From Chloroflexota bacterium (lineage in GTDB: Bacteria > Chloroflexota > Dormibacteria > Dormibacterales > Dormibacteraceae), in contig VBFV01000070.1 of the NCBI GenBank assembly GCA_005881335.1, forward strand, positions 1 to 45,982: DNA of 45,982 bases, read 5' to 3'. The stretch's first letter is position 1. Every line of letters starts with the position of its first letter. A program made the position numbers and the translations under genes. Of the stretch, positions 26,927 to 36,571 are shown piece by piece. The notes below the pieces were generated by a model, which was given only the letters and a program-made list of their open reading frames with translations, did no database searches and was not told where the DNA came from.

Positions 26927-27870
26927 AGGTGCGAGCCGCCGGCTTGCTCGACCTCGCGCGCATCGAAGAGATGCACCGCTCGTCGGACATTCGCTTGAGC
27001 GAGGCCGAACCGCCCGCCGCGCGACTGTGGTCGCTGCTCAGCTCGACGCTTTCCGCGCTGTTGCCCCTGTCGCAGGAAACCTTGATGTACGTCGCCGAGG
27101 AGAACGGAAAGGTGGTCGGTTTCATCCAGGCTTCCGGGCAGCCGCTCAGCCTCGACCTGCGCCGGGCGCGCGTGCTGCAGGTTCTCAACTTGCAGGTGGC
27201 GGACGAGGCCGACCCGGACGACGTGGCGCCTGCCCTCGTGCAGCACCTGTGCAACCAGGCCCTGGAGCGAGGCGCGCTGCGGTTGTTCGTTCGCCTCCCC
27301 GACCGCGACCCGCTGCTGCCCGCCTTTCGGATCCAGGGCTTTCGCCAGTACGCGACCGAGCAGGTCGTTTACGCGGAAAAGCCCTCCCAGCGTTCGAACC
27401 AGTATCCGGACGGCCTCCGGCCGACCAAGCGCGGCGACGACCGCAAGCTGTACCAGCTGTACCGCAAGGTCACCCCGCAGGGCGTTTCCCAGCTGGAGGC
27501 GCCCACGTACCGCGAGTGGAAGGCGCTTCACTCCAGCGAGTTGACCGGAGGGCACGTCGTCGAGCGCATCGAGGTCGTCGGGTGGGTGAGGATGCAGCGA
27601 GGGAGCGGCGCCAGGCCGCACACGCTCCAGTTCATGGCCTTGCCCGAGAACGCGCTGCCCGCCGAGCTCGCGGACTTCGGAATCTCGCTCTTGGGTGACT
27701 CAGAAGCACCCGCCTGGTCGAGCCTTCGTCACTATGATTCGCACATGATCGACGCCCTTCGCGGGCGTGGGTTCACCGTCTTGCTGACGCAGTTGCTGCT
27801 GGTCAAGGACCTCGCGGTCCGGGTGCCAAAACCGGTGCGGGAGAAAGGACTGGTGCCTTCGTTCGGCTGA
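26923..27870 (+). CDS. GNAT family N-acetyltransferase-like protein (two-domain)
   Basis: ORF 26572..27870 trimmed to the ATG at 26923 (ATGA overlap with the pdxT stop). GNAT-like core: YVAEENGKVVGFIQ...LVQHLCNQALERGALRLFVRLP...GFRQY. It has a second domain of about 150 aa. Confidence 0.6.
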   Translation: MKVRAAGLLDLARIEEMHRSSDIRLSEAEPPAARLWSLLSSTLSALLPLSQETLMYVAEENGKVVGFIQASGQPLSLDLRRARVLQVLNLQVADEADPDDVAPALVQHLCNQALERGALRLFVRLPDRDPLLPAFRIQGFRQYATEQVVYAEKPSQRSNQYPDGLRPTKRGDDRKLYQLYRKVTPQGVSQLEAPTYREWKALHSSELTGGHVVERIEVVGWVRMQRGSGARPHTLQFMALPENALPAELADFGISLLGDSEAPAWSSLRHYDSHMIDALRGRGFTVLLTQLLLVKDLAVRVPKPVREKGLVPSFG

Positions 27871-29414
27871 TGGCAGAGGCAAGACAGCAGTCCCGCACTG
27901 TGAACTGGGACGAAGAGATCGAGCTCCTCGCGCGTGCGCTGCCGCCCGACCTGGCGCGCGCGCTCCACGAGCGCATCCATCCGAGCGAGCTGCTCGAGAT
28001 CGTGCTCGACCTGGGTCGCGAGCCGGAGGCGAGGGTTCCCGGTCGCGAGGTGCTCCTCGCGGACCATCCCGTATCGGCGTCCGACCTCGAGCACGTGGCC
28101 AACAACGTCGGCCAGTTCGGCGACGACAATCGCGCGGGGATCGAGCGAACCCTGCATCGCGTGTCGGCCATTCGCAACCGCTCGGGACGAATCGTCGGTC
28201 TGACCATGCGCGTCGGCCGGGCGGTGACGGGGACCGGCGAGATCATCCGCGATATCGTCATCAGCGGGCAAAGCATCTTGCTGCTCGGCCGGCCCGGCAT
28301 CGGCAAGACCACGATGCTTCGTGAGTGCGCGCGCCTGCTCGCCGATGAGCTGCGGAAGCGGGTCGTGATCGTCGACACGTCAAACGAGATCGGCGGCGAC
28401 GGCGACATTCCGCATCCCGGCATCGGCCGCGCGAGGCGCATGCAGGTGAAGACGCCCCTGCTGCAGCACGCGGTGATGATCGAGGCGGTCGAGAACCATA
28501 TGCCCGAGGTCATCGTCATCGACGAGATCGGGACCGAGCTCGAGGCGGCGGCGGCACGGACGATCGCGGAGCGTGGCGTGCAGCTGATCGCGACGGCGCA
28601 CGGCCAGACGCTGGAAAACCTGCTCGTCAACCCGACCCTCAATGACCTGCTCGGCGGCATCCAGAGCGTCACCCTTTCGGACGAAGAGGCGCGCCGGCGA
28701 GGCACGCAGAAGTCGGTGCTCGAGCGCAAGGCGCCTCCGACTTTCGACGTGTTGATCGAGATCCAGGACCGCGACCGGGTCGCGATCCACATGCCGCTCG
28801 CCGACGTCGTCGACACCGCTTTGAGGGGGCCGATGCAGACGCCAAAGATCCGCGTCCGCACACGCGAGGGGCGCGTGATCTCCAATGTCGACGCACCCAT
28901 CGTCGTCGCGTCCGAGCCGGCATCGGTCTCGAGCTCCCCCAGCAAGCCGCTCGGCATCTTTCCTTACGGCGTGAGCCGGCATCACGTCGAGCAGTCGATC
29001 CGCGAGCTCGACCTGCCGGTGAAGGTGCTGGGCAACCTCGACGGCGCGGGCGCGGTGTTGACCCTGAAGAATCACTATCGCCGCCGACCAGACAGCCTGC
29101 GTCAGGCGGAGAGCCGCGGCCTTCCCATCCACATCCTCAAGAGCAACTCGGCGAGCCAGGTTCGCGACGCGCTCTCGCGCATTTACGGCGTCGACAAGCA
29201 GGACGAGGCGACGACCCGCGCGCTGGCCGAAGCCGCCGCCGCGGTCCGCCAGGTCAAGACGACGCTGCGGCCGGTCGAGATCTCGCCTCAAAACGCCTAC
29301 CTCCGGCGGCTGCAGCACCAGCTCGTGGCTGAAAACGACCTCTCGGCTCGCAGCACGGGCAAGGAGCCCCAGCGCCGGCTGCGCATAACGATGTCGCCCG
29401 AAGAACCCGCTTAG
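27870..29414 (+). CDS. SpoIIIAA/Ycf45-like P-loop ATPase with a C-terminal R3H domain
   Basis: 514 aa with Walker A GRPGIGKTT, Walker B VIVIDEIG and ATAHG. The C-terminal R3H-like motif is LRRLQHQLVAENDLSARSTGKEPQRRLRI. The ATG overlaps the GNAT stop (TGATG). Confidence 0.75.
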   Translation: MAEARQQSRTVNWDEEIELLARALPPDLARALHERIHPSELLEIVLDLGREPEARVPGREVLLADHPVSASDLEHVANNVGQFGDDNRAGIERTLHRVSAIRNRSGRIVGLTMRVGRAVTGTGEIIRDIVISGQSILLLGRPGIGKTTMLRECARLLADELRKRVVIVDTSNEIGGDGDIPHPGIGRARRMQVKTPLLQHAVMIEAVENHMPEVIVIDEIGTELEAAAARTIAERGVQLIATAHGQTLENLLVNPTLNDLLGGIQSVTLSDEEARRRGTQKSVLERKAPPTFDVLIEIQDRDRVAIHMPLADVVDTALRGPMQTPKIRVRTREGRVISNVDAPIVVASEPASVSSSPSKPLGIFPYGVSRHHVEQSIRELDLPVKVLGNLDGAGAVLTLKNHYRRRPDSLRQAESRGLPIHILKSNSASQVRDALSRIYGVDKQDEATTRALAEAAAAVRQVKTTLRPVEISPQNAYLRRLQHQLVAENDLSARSTGKEPQRRLRITMSPEEPA

Positions 29415-29429
29415 TTACAGTTCGCGCTT

Positions 29430-30038
29430 ATGGGTAAGCGCGGGCTGTTCATCACCTTTGAGGGCACCGAGGGCTCGGGCAAGACCACGCAGGCCGAGCT
29501 GCTGGGCGAATGGCTCACCAAGCGAGACCCGGTGGTGGTGCGCGAGCCGGGCGGCACCGAGCTGGGCGAGCAGATCCGCGACGTCCTCCTCTACAAGGGC
29601 CTCGAGATAGACCCCGAAGCCGAGATGTACCTGTTCATGGCTTCCCGCCGCCAGCTCATCGCCGAGGTCATCGCGCCGGCGCTTGCGGCCCGCAACATCG
29701 TGATCGCCGACCGCTACCACGACTCGACGCTCGCCTACCAGGGTGGAGCAAGAGGTTTGCCGACGGTGTGGCCCCCGACCTTCCCACGACCGGACATCAC
29801 CTTCTGGTTGGATGGACCGGTCGAGGCCGGACTCAGCCGCCATGCGGAGGCGGGAAAGAGCAAGGACCGCATGGAGCGCGAATCGATCGAGTTCCACCGC
29901 AAGGTCGCAGAAGCTTATGAGAAGCTCGCGGCGGCCGAGCCGAAGCGTTTCGTGCGCCTGGACGCGACCGGCTCACGGGACAAGATCCACTTCGAGGTGC
30001 GTGACCGGCTGGAGCCGCTGCTCCAAGGAATCGATTGA
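29430..30038 (+). CDS. tmk: dTMP (thymidylate) kinase
   Basis: 202 aa with motifs FITFEGTEGSGKTT, DRY..S..AYQG and the lid region. Confidence 0.9.
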   Translation: MGKRGLFITFEGTEGSGKTTQAELLGEWLTKRDPVVVREPGGTELGEQIRDVLLYKGLEIDPEAEMYLFMASRRQLIAEVIAPALAARNIVIADRYHDSTLAYQGGARGLPTVWPPTFPRPDITFWLDGPVEAGLSRHAEAGKSKDRMERESIEFHRKVAEAYEKLAAAEPKRFVRLDATGSRDKIHFEVRDRLEPLLQGID

Positions 30039-30364
30039 AGCTGATCGTCGCCGTGGTCCAGGGTGAGGACGCCGAGCGCACGGTCGTCGCGCTGACGGAC
30101 AAGGCAATCAACTCGACGCGGATTGCATCAACCGGGGGTTTCCTGCAGCAGGGAAACGTGACGCTGATGATCGGAGTCGACGACGCGCAGGTGGCCGACG
30201 CGCTCCGGATCATCCATGAGAACTGCCACGAGCGGAGCCGCTACCTGACCCCGGTGCCTCCGCTCGCCGAACCGGGCGAATTCTTCCTGTCACATCCGGT
30301 TGAGGTGCAGGTCGGAGGCGCTACCGTCTTCGTCGTTCCAGTGGACTCATTCGAAAAGATCTGA
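30035..30364 (+). CDS. darA: PII-like cyclic-di-AMP receptor (YaaQ/DarA family)
   Basis: 109 aa. MKLIVAVVQGEDAERTVVALTDKAINSTRIASTGGFLQQGNVTLMIGV matches the YaaQ/DUF970 pattern. It sits directly after tmk, as in Bacillus. The TTG start overlaps the tmk stop (TTGA). Confidence 0.8.
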   Translation: MKLIVAVVQGEDAERTVVALTDKAINSTRIASTGGFLQQGNVTLMIGVDDAQVADALRIIHENCHERSRYLTPVPPLAEPGEFFLSHPVEVQVGGATVFVVPVDSFEKI

Positions 30365-30395
30365 TCAACCAGGTGTCCAGGAACCCAGGGATTCC

Positions 30396-32777
30396 ATGAT
30401 CCGCGTCGAAGGCCTGCGCAAGAGCTTTGGCGACGTGCGCGCTGTGGACGGAGTCGACCTGCAGGTCGAACGTGGCGATGTCCTCGTGCTGCTGGGCCAG
30501 AACGGCGCCGGCAAATCGACGACGTTGCGATGCCTCGGGGGCATCCTGCGTCCGGACGCGGGACTGATCGAGCTGGACGGTCTGCGGCTGCCGGAGCGGC
30601 TCGATTCGGTCCGTGCTCGGCTAGGGGTGGTACCGGACCAGGCGCGACTCTACGGCCGCAACACCGCTCCTGAGTACCTCGACCACTTCGGATTCCTCTA
30701 CGGTATTCCGGAGGCGATCCGCCGCCGGCGCATCGCTGATTTGCTCGAGCGCTTCGAGCTCGCGGACCGCAAGAACACGGTCCTCGCCGCGTACTCGCGC
30801 GGCATGGCGCAGAAGGTGGCGCTCATCCGCGCCACGCTTCACGAGCCGGATTGGATCTTCTGCGACGAGCCGACCGCCGGCCTGGACCCGGTGGCCGCGG
30901 CGGACATGCGCCGCTATCTCGACGAGCAGAGGAGTCGCGGTGCGGCGCTGATCGTCACGACGCACGTGCTGAGCGAGGCGGAGCTGATGGCGGATCGGAT
31001 CGCCATCATGCGGCGCGGGGTCGTCGTCACCACCGGTGCACTCGACGATCTTCGCCGGCAGGCTGGGCAGGGCCGGCGCTTCATCGCCCATCTCGCCCGC
31101 CCTGTCCCGAACGCGCAGCCGGTGTCGGATTGGCTTCGCGAGCACGCCCTGGAGCACAGCCTGGGTGACGACTGGCTGCGCTACACCCTGCCGTGGCAGG
31201 CGAACGCCGGAGACCGGGCCGATTTCGCGGCGCGACTTCAAGCCCTGCTCGCACAGCAGGGAGCACCGTTTCACGAGCTCGAGGAAGAGGAGACCACCCT
31301 CGAGTCGGTGTACCTGAAGGCGATGGCGATGCCTGCTGGCGAGCCACGTGACCATCCCGAACCTTCCGCACCGGTTACCTCAGGCATCCGTGCGCCGCGC
31401 ATGTTCGCCTCGATTCGGAACCAGGGCGGCATGCTGCGACATTCGCTTCCTTTCTACGTGAGCTCGTGGTGGCGCCGCGGCGATCTCAGCTGGGTCGGCT
31501 ACCTCAACGCTTTCGTGCTGCTGCTCGTCGTCGGCACGTCGCTGTTCGGGCAATTGCCCGGTATCGCGGGACAGGTGGCCCAGCGTTTTGCGGGCGGCCA
31601 GGCGTTGCAGGCCGGCTTGCTCTTGCCGCTGTTCTTCCTGTCCTTCGCGCTGCTCGAATCGATCAAGAGCTCGATCGGGATCTGGTGGGAGAAAGCGCAG
31701 GGCTCGCTCGAGGTCTTGCTCTACACCCCGATCGACGACCCGTCTCTCATCTGGCTCGAGGTGCTGCCCGGCGCGATCGTCAGCACGGTCTGGGTGACGG
31801 TCTGGACGGCTGCCGGGTTGGCCCTCCTCAGCCTGTTCGGCGAGGCCGCGCCTTGGGACCTGCTGCCTGTCTTCGCCTTCGTCGCAGCCGTCACCTCGTA
31901 CTGGGCGGCGATGGGGCGAATGCTCGGCTTCATGCTTTTCCCCCGCGAGGGCGCCGCCGGTGGCGCCTGGTCGTTCTTGCTCTCGCCGGTCTCGGCGGCC
32001 GTGGCGGATCTGCCCCTCGCCCTCTTCGTCTTTCGCTCTCCGCTCGCACCGGCGTCGCTCCTGCTTCCGATCACCGCTTGCGTTGCGCTGACCATCCTCT
32101 GCGGCGGAACGTTCGACCGCGAGAGGCTGATGGAGACAGGCCTGAGTCGAATCCGGCGCAGGCGGTCGTGGCTGCCGGTCGGGGTGCTGCGTCGCAATGC
32201 CGCAGCGATCGCCGCGGGCGTGTTGCTGGCTGCCGCGCCTGCCGGCATCGCCGGCACGATCAGCGCGAATGCCCACTGGCATTCGTGGTCGGACGTGCGC
32301 GCCGCCGCGGCGGGTCAACCGATCGGTTCGCCGCAGACAACCCTGGTCAGCAGCGAAGCGCCGGCGCAGGCGAACGGCGTGACCGTGGCCGCGGCCGGGC
32401 TGTCGGGAATCGTGGCGACCCTGGCCCTGATGCTTTTCCTCGTTGCGCTCAGCTTCGCCGCATTTTTTCTGCTCGGCTTTCCGGCCCTCGCCGCGCTCGT
32501 TGTGGCCGCGGCCGTGTGGGGAGTGCAGCTTGGCTTTGGGTCAGCGGGCCCGCTACGGGTCTGGCTGGCGGGAGCAGGCGGCATCGCCCTGCTCGCGCTC
32601 GCTCTCAACACGGGCGCGGCGCTGCCGATCTACTGGTCGCTGGCGTTCGGTTCGGGCCGCCGTCTGGATCGGCTGCGAGAGGCCTGGTCGAACTACTGGG
32701 CGCTTTTCCGAGGCCTGGTCATCCCGGCCTGCGCCCTGTTCGGGGTCGTCGTCTTCCGCCTGCTGGCCGGAGGCTAG
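30396..32777 (+). CDS. fused ABC transporter ATP-binding / ABC-2-like permease protein
   Basis: ORF 30300..32777 trimmed to the ATG at 30396 (793 aa). The N-terminal NBD has GQNGAGKST, YSRGMAQKV and IFCDEPTAG. This is followed by roughly 10 hydrophobic segments, including the ABC-2-like motif GSLEVLLYTPIDD. Confidence 0.75.
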   Translation: MIRVEGLRKSFGDVRAVDGVDLQVERGDVLVLLGQNGAGKSTTLRCLGGILRPDAGLIELDGLRLPERLDSVRARLGVVPDQARLYGRNTAPEYLDHFGFLYGIPEAIRRRRIADLLERFELADRKNTVLAAYSRGMAQKVALIRATLHEPDWIFCDEPTAGLDPVAAADMRRYLDEQRSRGAALIVTTHVLSEAELMADRIAIMRRGVVVTTGALDDLRRQAGQGRRFIAHLARPVPNAQPVSDWLREHALEHSLGDDWLRYTLPWQANAGDRADFAARLQALLAQQGAPFHELEEEETTLESVYLKAMAMPAGEPRDHPEPSAPVTSGIRAPRMFASIRNQGGMLRHSLPFYVSSWWRRGDLSWVGYLNAFVLLLVVGTSLFGQLPGIAGQVAQRFAGGQALQAGLLLPLFFLSFALLESIKSSIGIWWEKAQGSLEVLLYTPIDDPSLIWLEVLPGAIVSTVWVTVWTAAGLALLSLFGEAAPWDLLPVFAFVAAVTSYWAAMGRMLGFMLFPREGAAGGAWSFLLSPVSAAVADLPLALFVFRSPLAPASLLLPITACVALTILCGGTFDRERLMETGLSRIRRRRSWLPVGVLRRNAAAIAAGVLLAAAPAGIAGTISANAHWHSWSDVRAAAAGQPIGSPQTTLVSSEAPAQANGVTVAAAGLSGIVATLALMLFLVALSFAAFFLLGFPALAALVVAAAVWGVQLGFGSAGPLRVWLAGAGGIALLALALNTGAALPIYWSLAFGSGRRLDRLREAWSNYWALFRGLVIPACALFGVVVFRLLAGG

Positions 32778-33103
32778 TGTGTCTTTGCGCCTGACGCGCC
32801 GACCAGGGCCACGCCGCCGATGATCAGGATCATGCCCACCATCGCGAGCGGCGGGACCGGGTCGTTGAAGATCAGCTTGCCGAACACGGCGACCAGCGCG
32901 ATGCCGACCGCCGACCAGATCGCGTAGACGATCCCCACCGGCAGCGACTTGAGGACGAGGGCAAGGAGGATGAAGCTGGCGATGTAGCCGACGATCGTGA
33001 TGATCGAAGGGGCCAGCCTGCTGAATCCATCCGAGCCCCGCAGCGCGAGCGTGCTCGCGACCTCGGTGGCGATCGCTGCGATGAGCAGCACCCACGGCAT
33101 CAA
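32774..33103 (-). CDS. SMR family multidrug efflux transporter
   Basis: 109 aa with four TM helices and the conserved membrane Glu context (AIATEVASTLALR). Its stop overlaps the convergent ABC gene stop. Confidence 0.85.
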   Translation of the reverse strand: MMPWVLLIAAIATEVASTLALRGSDGFSRLAPSIITIVGYIASFILLALVLKSLPVGIVYAIWSAVGIALVAVFGKLIFNDPVPPLAMVGMILIIGGVALVGASGAKTH

Positions 33104-33110
33104 TCGGGCT

Positions 33111-34241
33111 TTAGAGATCGAGTGCTTGCGCGACCAGCTCGCGGTGGTAGGTCGCGTCGCCGAGAGTCACCTCCGACGACTTCGCGCGCTTGAAGTAGAG
33201 GTGCATGTCGTGCTCCCACGTGAACCCGATCCCGCCGTGCACCTGGATCCCATCGCCGGCCACCTTCCGGTACGCATCCGACACGTATGCCTTGGCCATC
33301 GATGACGCCAGAGACCGGTCCGGTGCGTCGGCGTCGACCGCCCATGCTGCGTAGTAGGTTGCGGACCGTCCGCTTTCGGACAGCACGAGCATGTCGGCCA
33401 GCTTGTGCGATACCGCCTGGTAGATCCCGATCGGCTTGCCGAACTGCTGCCGCGTCTTGGCGTACTCGGTGGACGTTTCGAGCACCTTCTGCACGCCGCC
33501 GACCATCTCGGCGCACAGCGCCGCGGTCGCCCATTCGAGCGCGCGCTTGAGCCGCGGCCACGCCTTGTCCGGTGCGCCCATCACCGCTTCCGCCCCCAGC
33601 TGCACGCCTTCGAAGTGGACTTCGCTCCAGCGCCGTGTCATGTCGAGCGTCTCGACCGGCTTGACGCTCATGCCTTGCGGCCGGCCCTTGACCAGGAAGA
33701 GCGTGATCCCGTCCTCGCCCTCGCCACGGCTGCGCGCGGCGACCACCATGTAATCGGCGGCGCCGGCGTCTGGCACGAAGAGCTTCACGCCGTCGAGCTG
33801 CCAGCCGCCGCCCATCTGCTTCGCGCTCAGCGCCAGGCTGCCCGCATCCCAGCGCCCCGACGGCTCGGTAAAGGCAAGCGTCGCTCGGGCGGAACCAGCG
33901 GCGATGGCTCCGAGGGCCTCCTTCTTCTGCGCTTCGGTGCCGGCTTCGACCACAACGGGAACCGCAAGGCCCATGGTCGAGAAGAAAGGCAACGGCAGCA
34001 GCGCACGACCCGCTTCTTCGAGCACGACGATCAGGTCGAGAAACGTGCCCACGCCCCCGTATTCCTCGGGGATGCCGAGAGCGGTCCAACCCAGTTCGCT
34101 GATCTTCTTCCAGAGCGCGGCGTCGTAACCGTCGGCGCTCTCCATGAGCCTCCGCACGACCTTGGGGCTGCACTCCTTGCCGAGAAACTCGCGCGCGGAG
34201 GCGCGCAGCATCTCCTGCTCCTCCGAAAACGCGAAGTCCAC
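33111..34241 (-). CDS. acyl-CoA dehydrogenase
   Basis: 376 aa with all three ACAD domains. The C-terminus reads IQVHGGIGFTWEHDMHLYFKRAK. Confidence 0.85.
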   Translation of the reverse strand: MDFAFSEEQEMLRASAREFLGKECSPKVVRRLMESADGYDAALWKKISELGWTALGIPEEYGGVGTFLDLIVVLEEAGRALLPLPFFSTMGLAVPVVVEAGTEAQKKEALGAIAAGSARATLAFTEPSGRWDAGSLALSAKQMGGGWQLDGVKLFVPDAGAADYMVVAARSRGEGEDGITLFLVKGRPQGMSVKPVETLDMTRRWSEVHFEGVQLGAEAVMGAPDKAWPRLKRALEWATAALCAEMVGGVQKVLETSTEYAKTRQQFGKPIGIYQAVSHKLADMLVLSESGRSATYYAAWAVDADAPDRSLASSMAKAYVSDAYRKVAGDGIQVHGGIGFTWEHDMHLYFKRAKSSEVTLGDATYHRELVAQALDL

Positions 34242-34250
34242 GAACCGAGT

Positions 34251-34943
34251 CTAAGTTGTGGGCGGAGCCGACTCGTGAGGCGGAAGCTCGGGCCGCTCTT
34301 CTTCCTCGTGCGCGGGGAGCTCAGGCTCGTCCAATTCGGGGGTCGCGCCGTACTCCGGCGCGGAGGACTGCGGCGAAGCCGCGGCAGGCGGGGCAGGTGA
34401 GGCAGGTGGCGAAGCGGGCGCCGCGACAGGCGGGATCTTGCGCACGGGCGGCGCCGGCGTCGGCAGAGAGCGCCGGCGATAGAGGACGAAGAGCCCGAAG
34501 AAACCGACAAAGATCGACGCGATGGCAAACCCCGCGCCAAAACCCATGCCGGTGTTCTCGGCGACCGTCAAAGGTCGCTGCAGACCGCCGCTGCAGGGTT
34601 GGGGCGGAGCCGGGCACGTCCCGAGGACGGCCTGCTGCAGGGGCAGGGCGAACATGGAGAGGATTCCAAAAACGAGCGCGAGCCCGGCCACGAAATACAG
34701 GGCCGACGTGATCGCTCGCCCGGCTGAGTGGAAGATTGCGCACAGGCCCAGCGCGACGGCGGCGATCCCGAACGGGATGATCACGGTCGCGATCCGGCTC
34801 GAGGTCCCGCCTAACGCAACTGGAAGCACGCCCCCGATCGCCGCCAGCGCGGCGGCCAGCCAGAAGGCCCAGATCAGCTGCCGTTCTTGTCCTGACTCTT
34901 GATTCACGTGCGGAATTCTGTCCTGCGGGCCGCCGCAAAACAA
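34251..34943 (-). CDS. hypothetical membrane protein with a Pro-rich C-terminal tail
   Basis: 230 aa with 4-5 TM helices. The tail reads PTPAPPVRKIPPVAAPASPPASPAPPAAASP... The start is uncertain. Confidence 0.5.
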   Translation of the reverse strand: MFCGGPQDRIPHVNQESGQERQLIWAFWLAAALAAIGGVLPVALGGTSSRIATVIIPFGIAAVALGLCAIFHSAGRAITSALYFVAGLALVFGILSMFALPLQQAVLGTCPAPPQPCSGGLQRPLTVAENTGMGFGAGFAIASIFVGFFGLFVLYRRRSLPTPAPPVRKIPPVAAPASPPASPAPPAAASPQSSAPEYGATPELDEPELPAHEEEERPELPPHESAPPTT

Positions 34944-34950
34944 GCGGATA

Positions 34951-36570
34951 TCAGATCAGAGGCGATTTTTCAGGTTCGGGTAAGGCGTCTGCGTTGCGCC
35001 GCCCGGCCGTGACGTGCGCCGTCTGGCGGAGCGCCACCTCTTTGATGAAGAGGGTGGCGATGAAGCTGACGGCGATGATCGGCAGGCCGGCGAGGAAAAC
35101 GGGATGGAGCGCGTCGGCCAGACCGTGCCGGATGGCCGCCGCGACGGCCGGCGGCAGATGGGCCAGCTGGGACGGGTCGAACACCGCCGTCGCCGTCGCC
35201 CCACGGTCCGACGACTGAAGCTGATGCAGGATCGAGGCGGGCAGGTACTTCGCCATGGCGCTCTGCATGCCCTGGGTGAGGATGGTGCCGAGGATCGCAA
35301 GCCCTATCGCAGCGCCGACGGAGCGAGAAAGTTGCGTCGCCGACGTCGCCACCGCCATGTCTTCGCGACTGACTGAGTTCTGCACCACGAGCGTGAACGT
35401 CTGCATCGTGATGCCAAGGCCTAGACCAATGAGGATCATCGCCTCGATCACAGACTGGTTGGTTGTCTCGACGCTGAAGGTCGCGAGCATGTAGTAGCCC
35501 GCGCCCATCGAGACAAGACCGGCCAGAAGCGGCATCTTGTAACGCCCCGTGTGCGAGATAAACCAGCCTCCGGCGACGCTCGTCACGATCATCGATACCA
35601 ACATCGGGACAAGGATGGCGCCCGAATTGGTGACGCTGTTGCCGATCACGCCCTGGACGAAAACGGGTAGGAAGAAGATGGCGCCGAACATCGACATCGC
35701 TACACCGACGCTCGCAATGTTCGAGAGCGTGAAGATGCCGCTCCGGAAAAGATGCAGCGGCAGCACGGGCTCTGGCGCGTGGCGCTCGACCCAAACGAAC
35801 GCGCCGAGCAGGATCGCGGCCGCTGCGTAGAGGCCGACGATCTGCCACGACGTCCAGGCGAACTGCGTGCCGCCCCAGACCGTTGCGAGGAGCGCCGCGG
35901 CGATTCCAGTGGAGAGCGTCACGCTTCCCCACACGTCGATCGCGTGCTTGCGCCGCTCGTTGGGCACGTGCATGAACAGAGCGACCACCACCAGCGTCAC
36001 GATCGCGACCGGCAGGTTGACGAAGAACAGCCACCGCCACGAGAAGTGTTCGGTTATGAATCCGCCCGCAGCGGGGCCGACGATGGACGCGAGGCCGAAC
36101 GACGCGCCGAGCATGCCCTGGTATTTGCCGCGTTCGCGCGGCGAGATGATGTCGCCGATGATCGCCTGGGACAGCGGCATTATGAAGCCCATGCCGGCAC
36201 CCTGGATGAAGCGCGCGAAAATCAGAAACCAGAAGTTCGGCGCGACCCCGGAGAGCGCCGAGCCGACCGCGAAGACCACGATCCCCGACATGTAGAGCGG
36301 CTTGCGGCCGTAGATATCCGACAGCTTGCCCGCGATCGGAACCACGATGGTCGAAGCGAGCATCGCGGAGATCGGGACCCAGCTGTAGTCGGCGAGCCCG
36401 CCCAGCTCCGAGACGATCGTCGGCAGCGCGGGCGCGACCAGAGTCATGTTGAGCGAGGCGACCAGCGAACCAAGCATGAGACCGGCAAAGACCGCCATCA
36501 CACCGCGATCGACACCAGGCTTGGCGCTTGGGCTGGCCGCCTTGGAGGCGACAGCAGTCACTGCTGCCAA
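34951..36570 (-). CDS. DHA2 (EmrB/QacA) family MFS efflux transporter
   Basis: ORF 34951..36687 trimmed to the TTG at 36570 (GTG at 36561 is an alternative), just after the upstream stop. Motifs: LNMTLVAPALPTIVSELGG and GKLSDIYGRKP. About 14 TM segments. Confidence 0.8.
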   Translation of the reverse strand: MAAVTAVASKAASPSAKPGVDRGVMAVFAGLMLGSLVASLNMTLVAPALPTIVSELGGLADYSWVPISAMLASTIVVPIAGKLSDIYGRKPLYMSGIVVFAVGSALSGVAPNFWFLIFARFIQGAGMGFIMPLSQAIIGDIISPRERGKYQGMLGASFGLASIVGPAAGGFITEHFSWRWLFFVNLPVAIVTLVVVALFMHVPNERRKHAIDVWGSVTLSTGIAAALLATVWGGTQFAWTSWQIVGLYAAAAILLGAFVWVERHAPEPVLPLHLFRSGIFTLSNIASVGVAMSMFGAIFFLPVFVQGVIGNSVTNSGAILVPMLVSMIVTSVAGGWFISHTGRYKMPLLAGLVSMGAGYYMLATFSVETTNQSVIEAMILIGLGLGITMQTFTLVVQNSVSREDMAVATSATQLSRSVGAAIGLAILGTILTQGMQSAMAKYLPASILHQLQSSDRGATATAVFDPSQLAHLPPAVAAAIRHGLADALHPVFLAGLPIIAVSFIATLFIKEVALRQTAHVTAGRRNADALPEPEKSPLI

Positions 36571-36571
36571 T

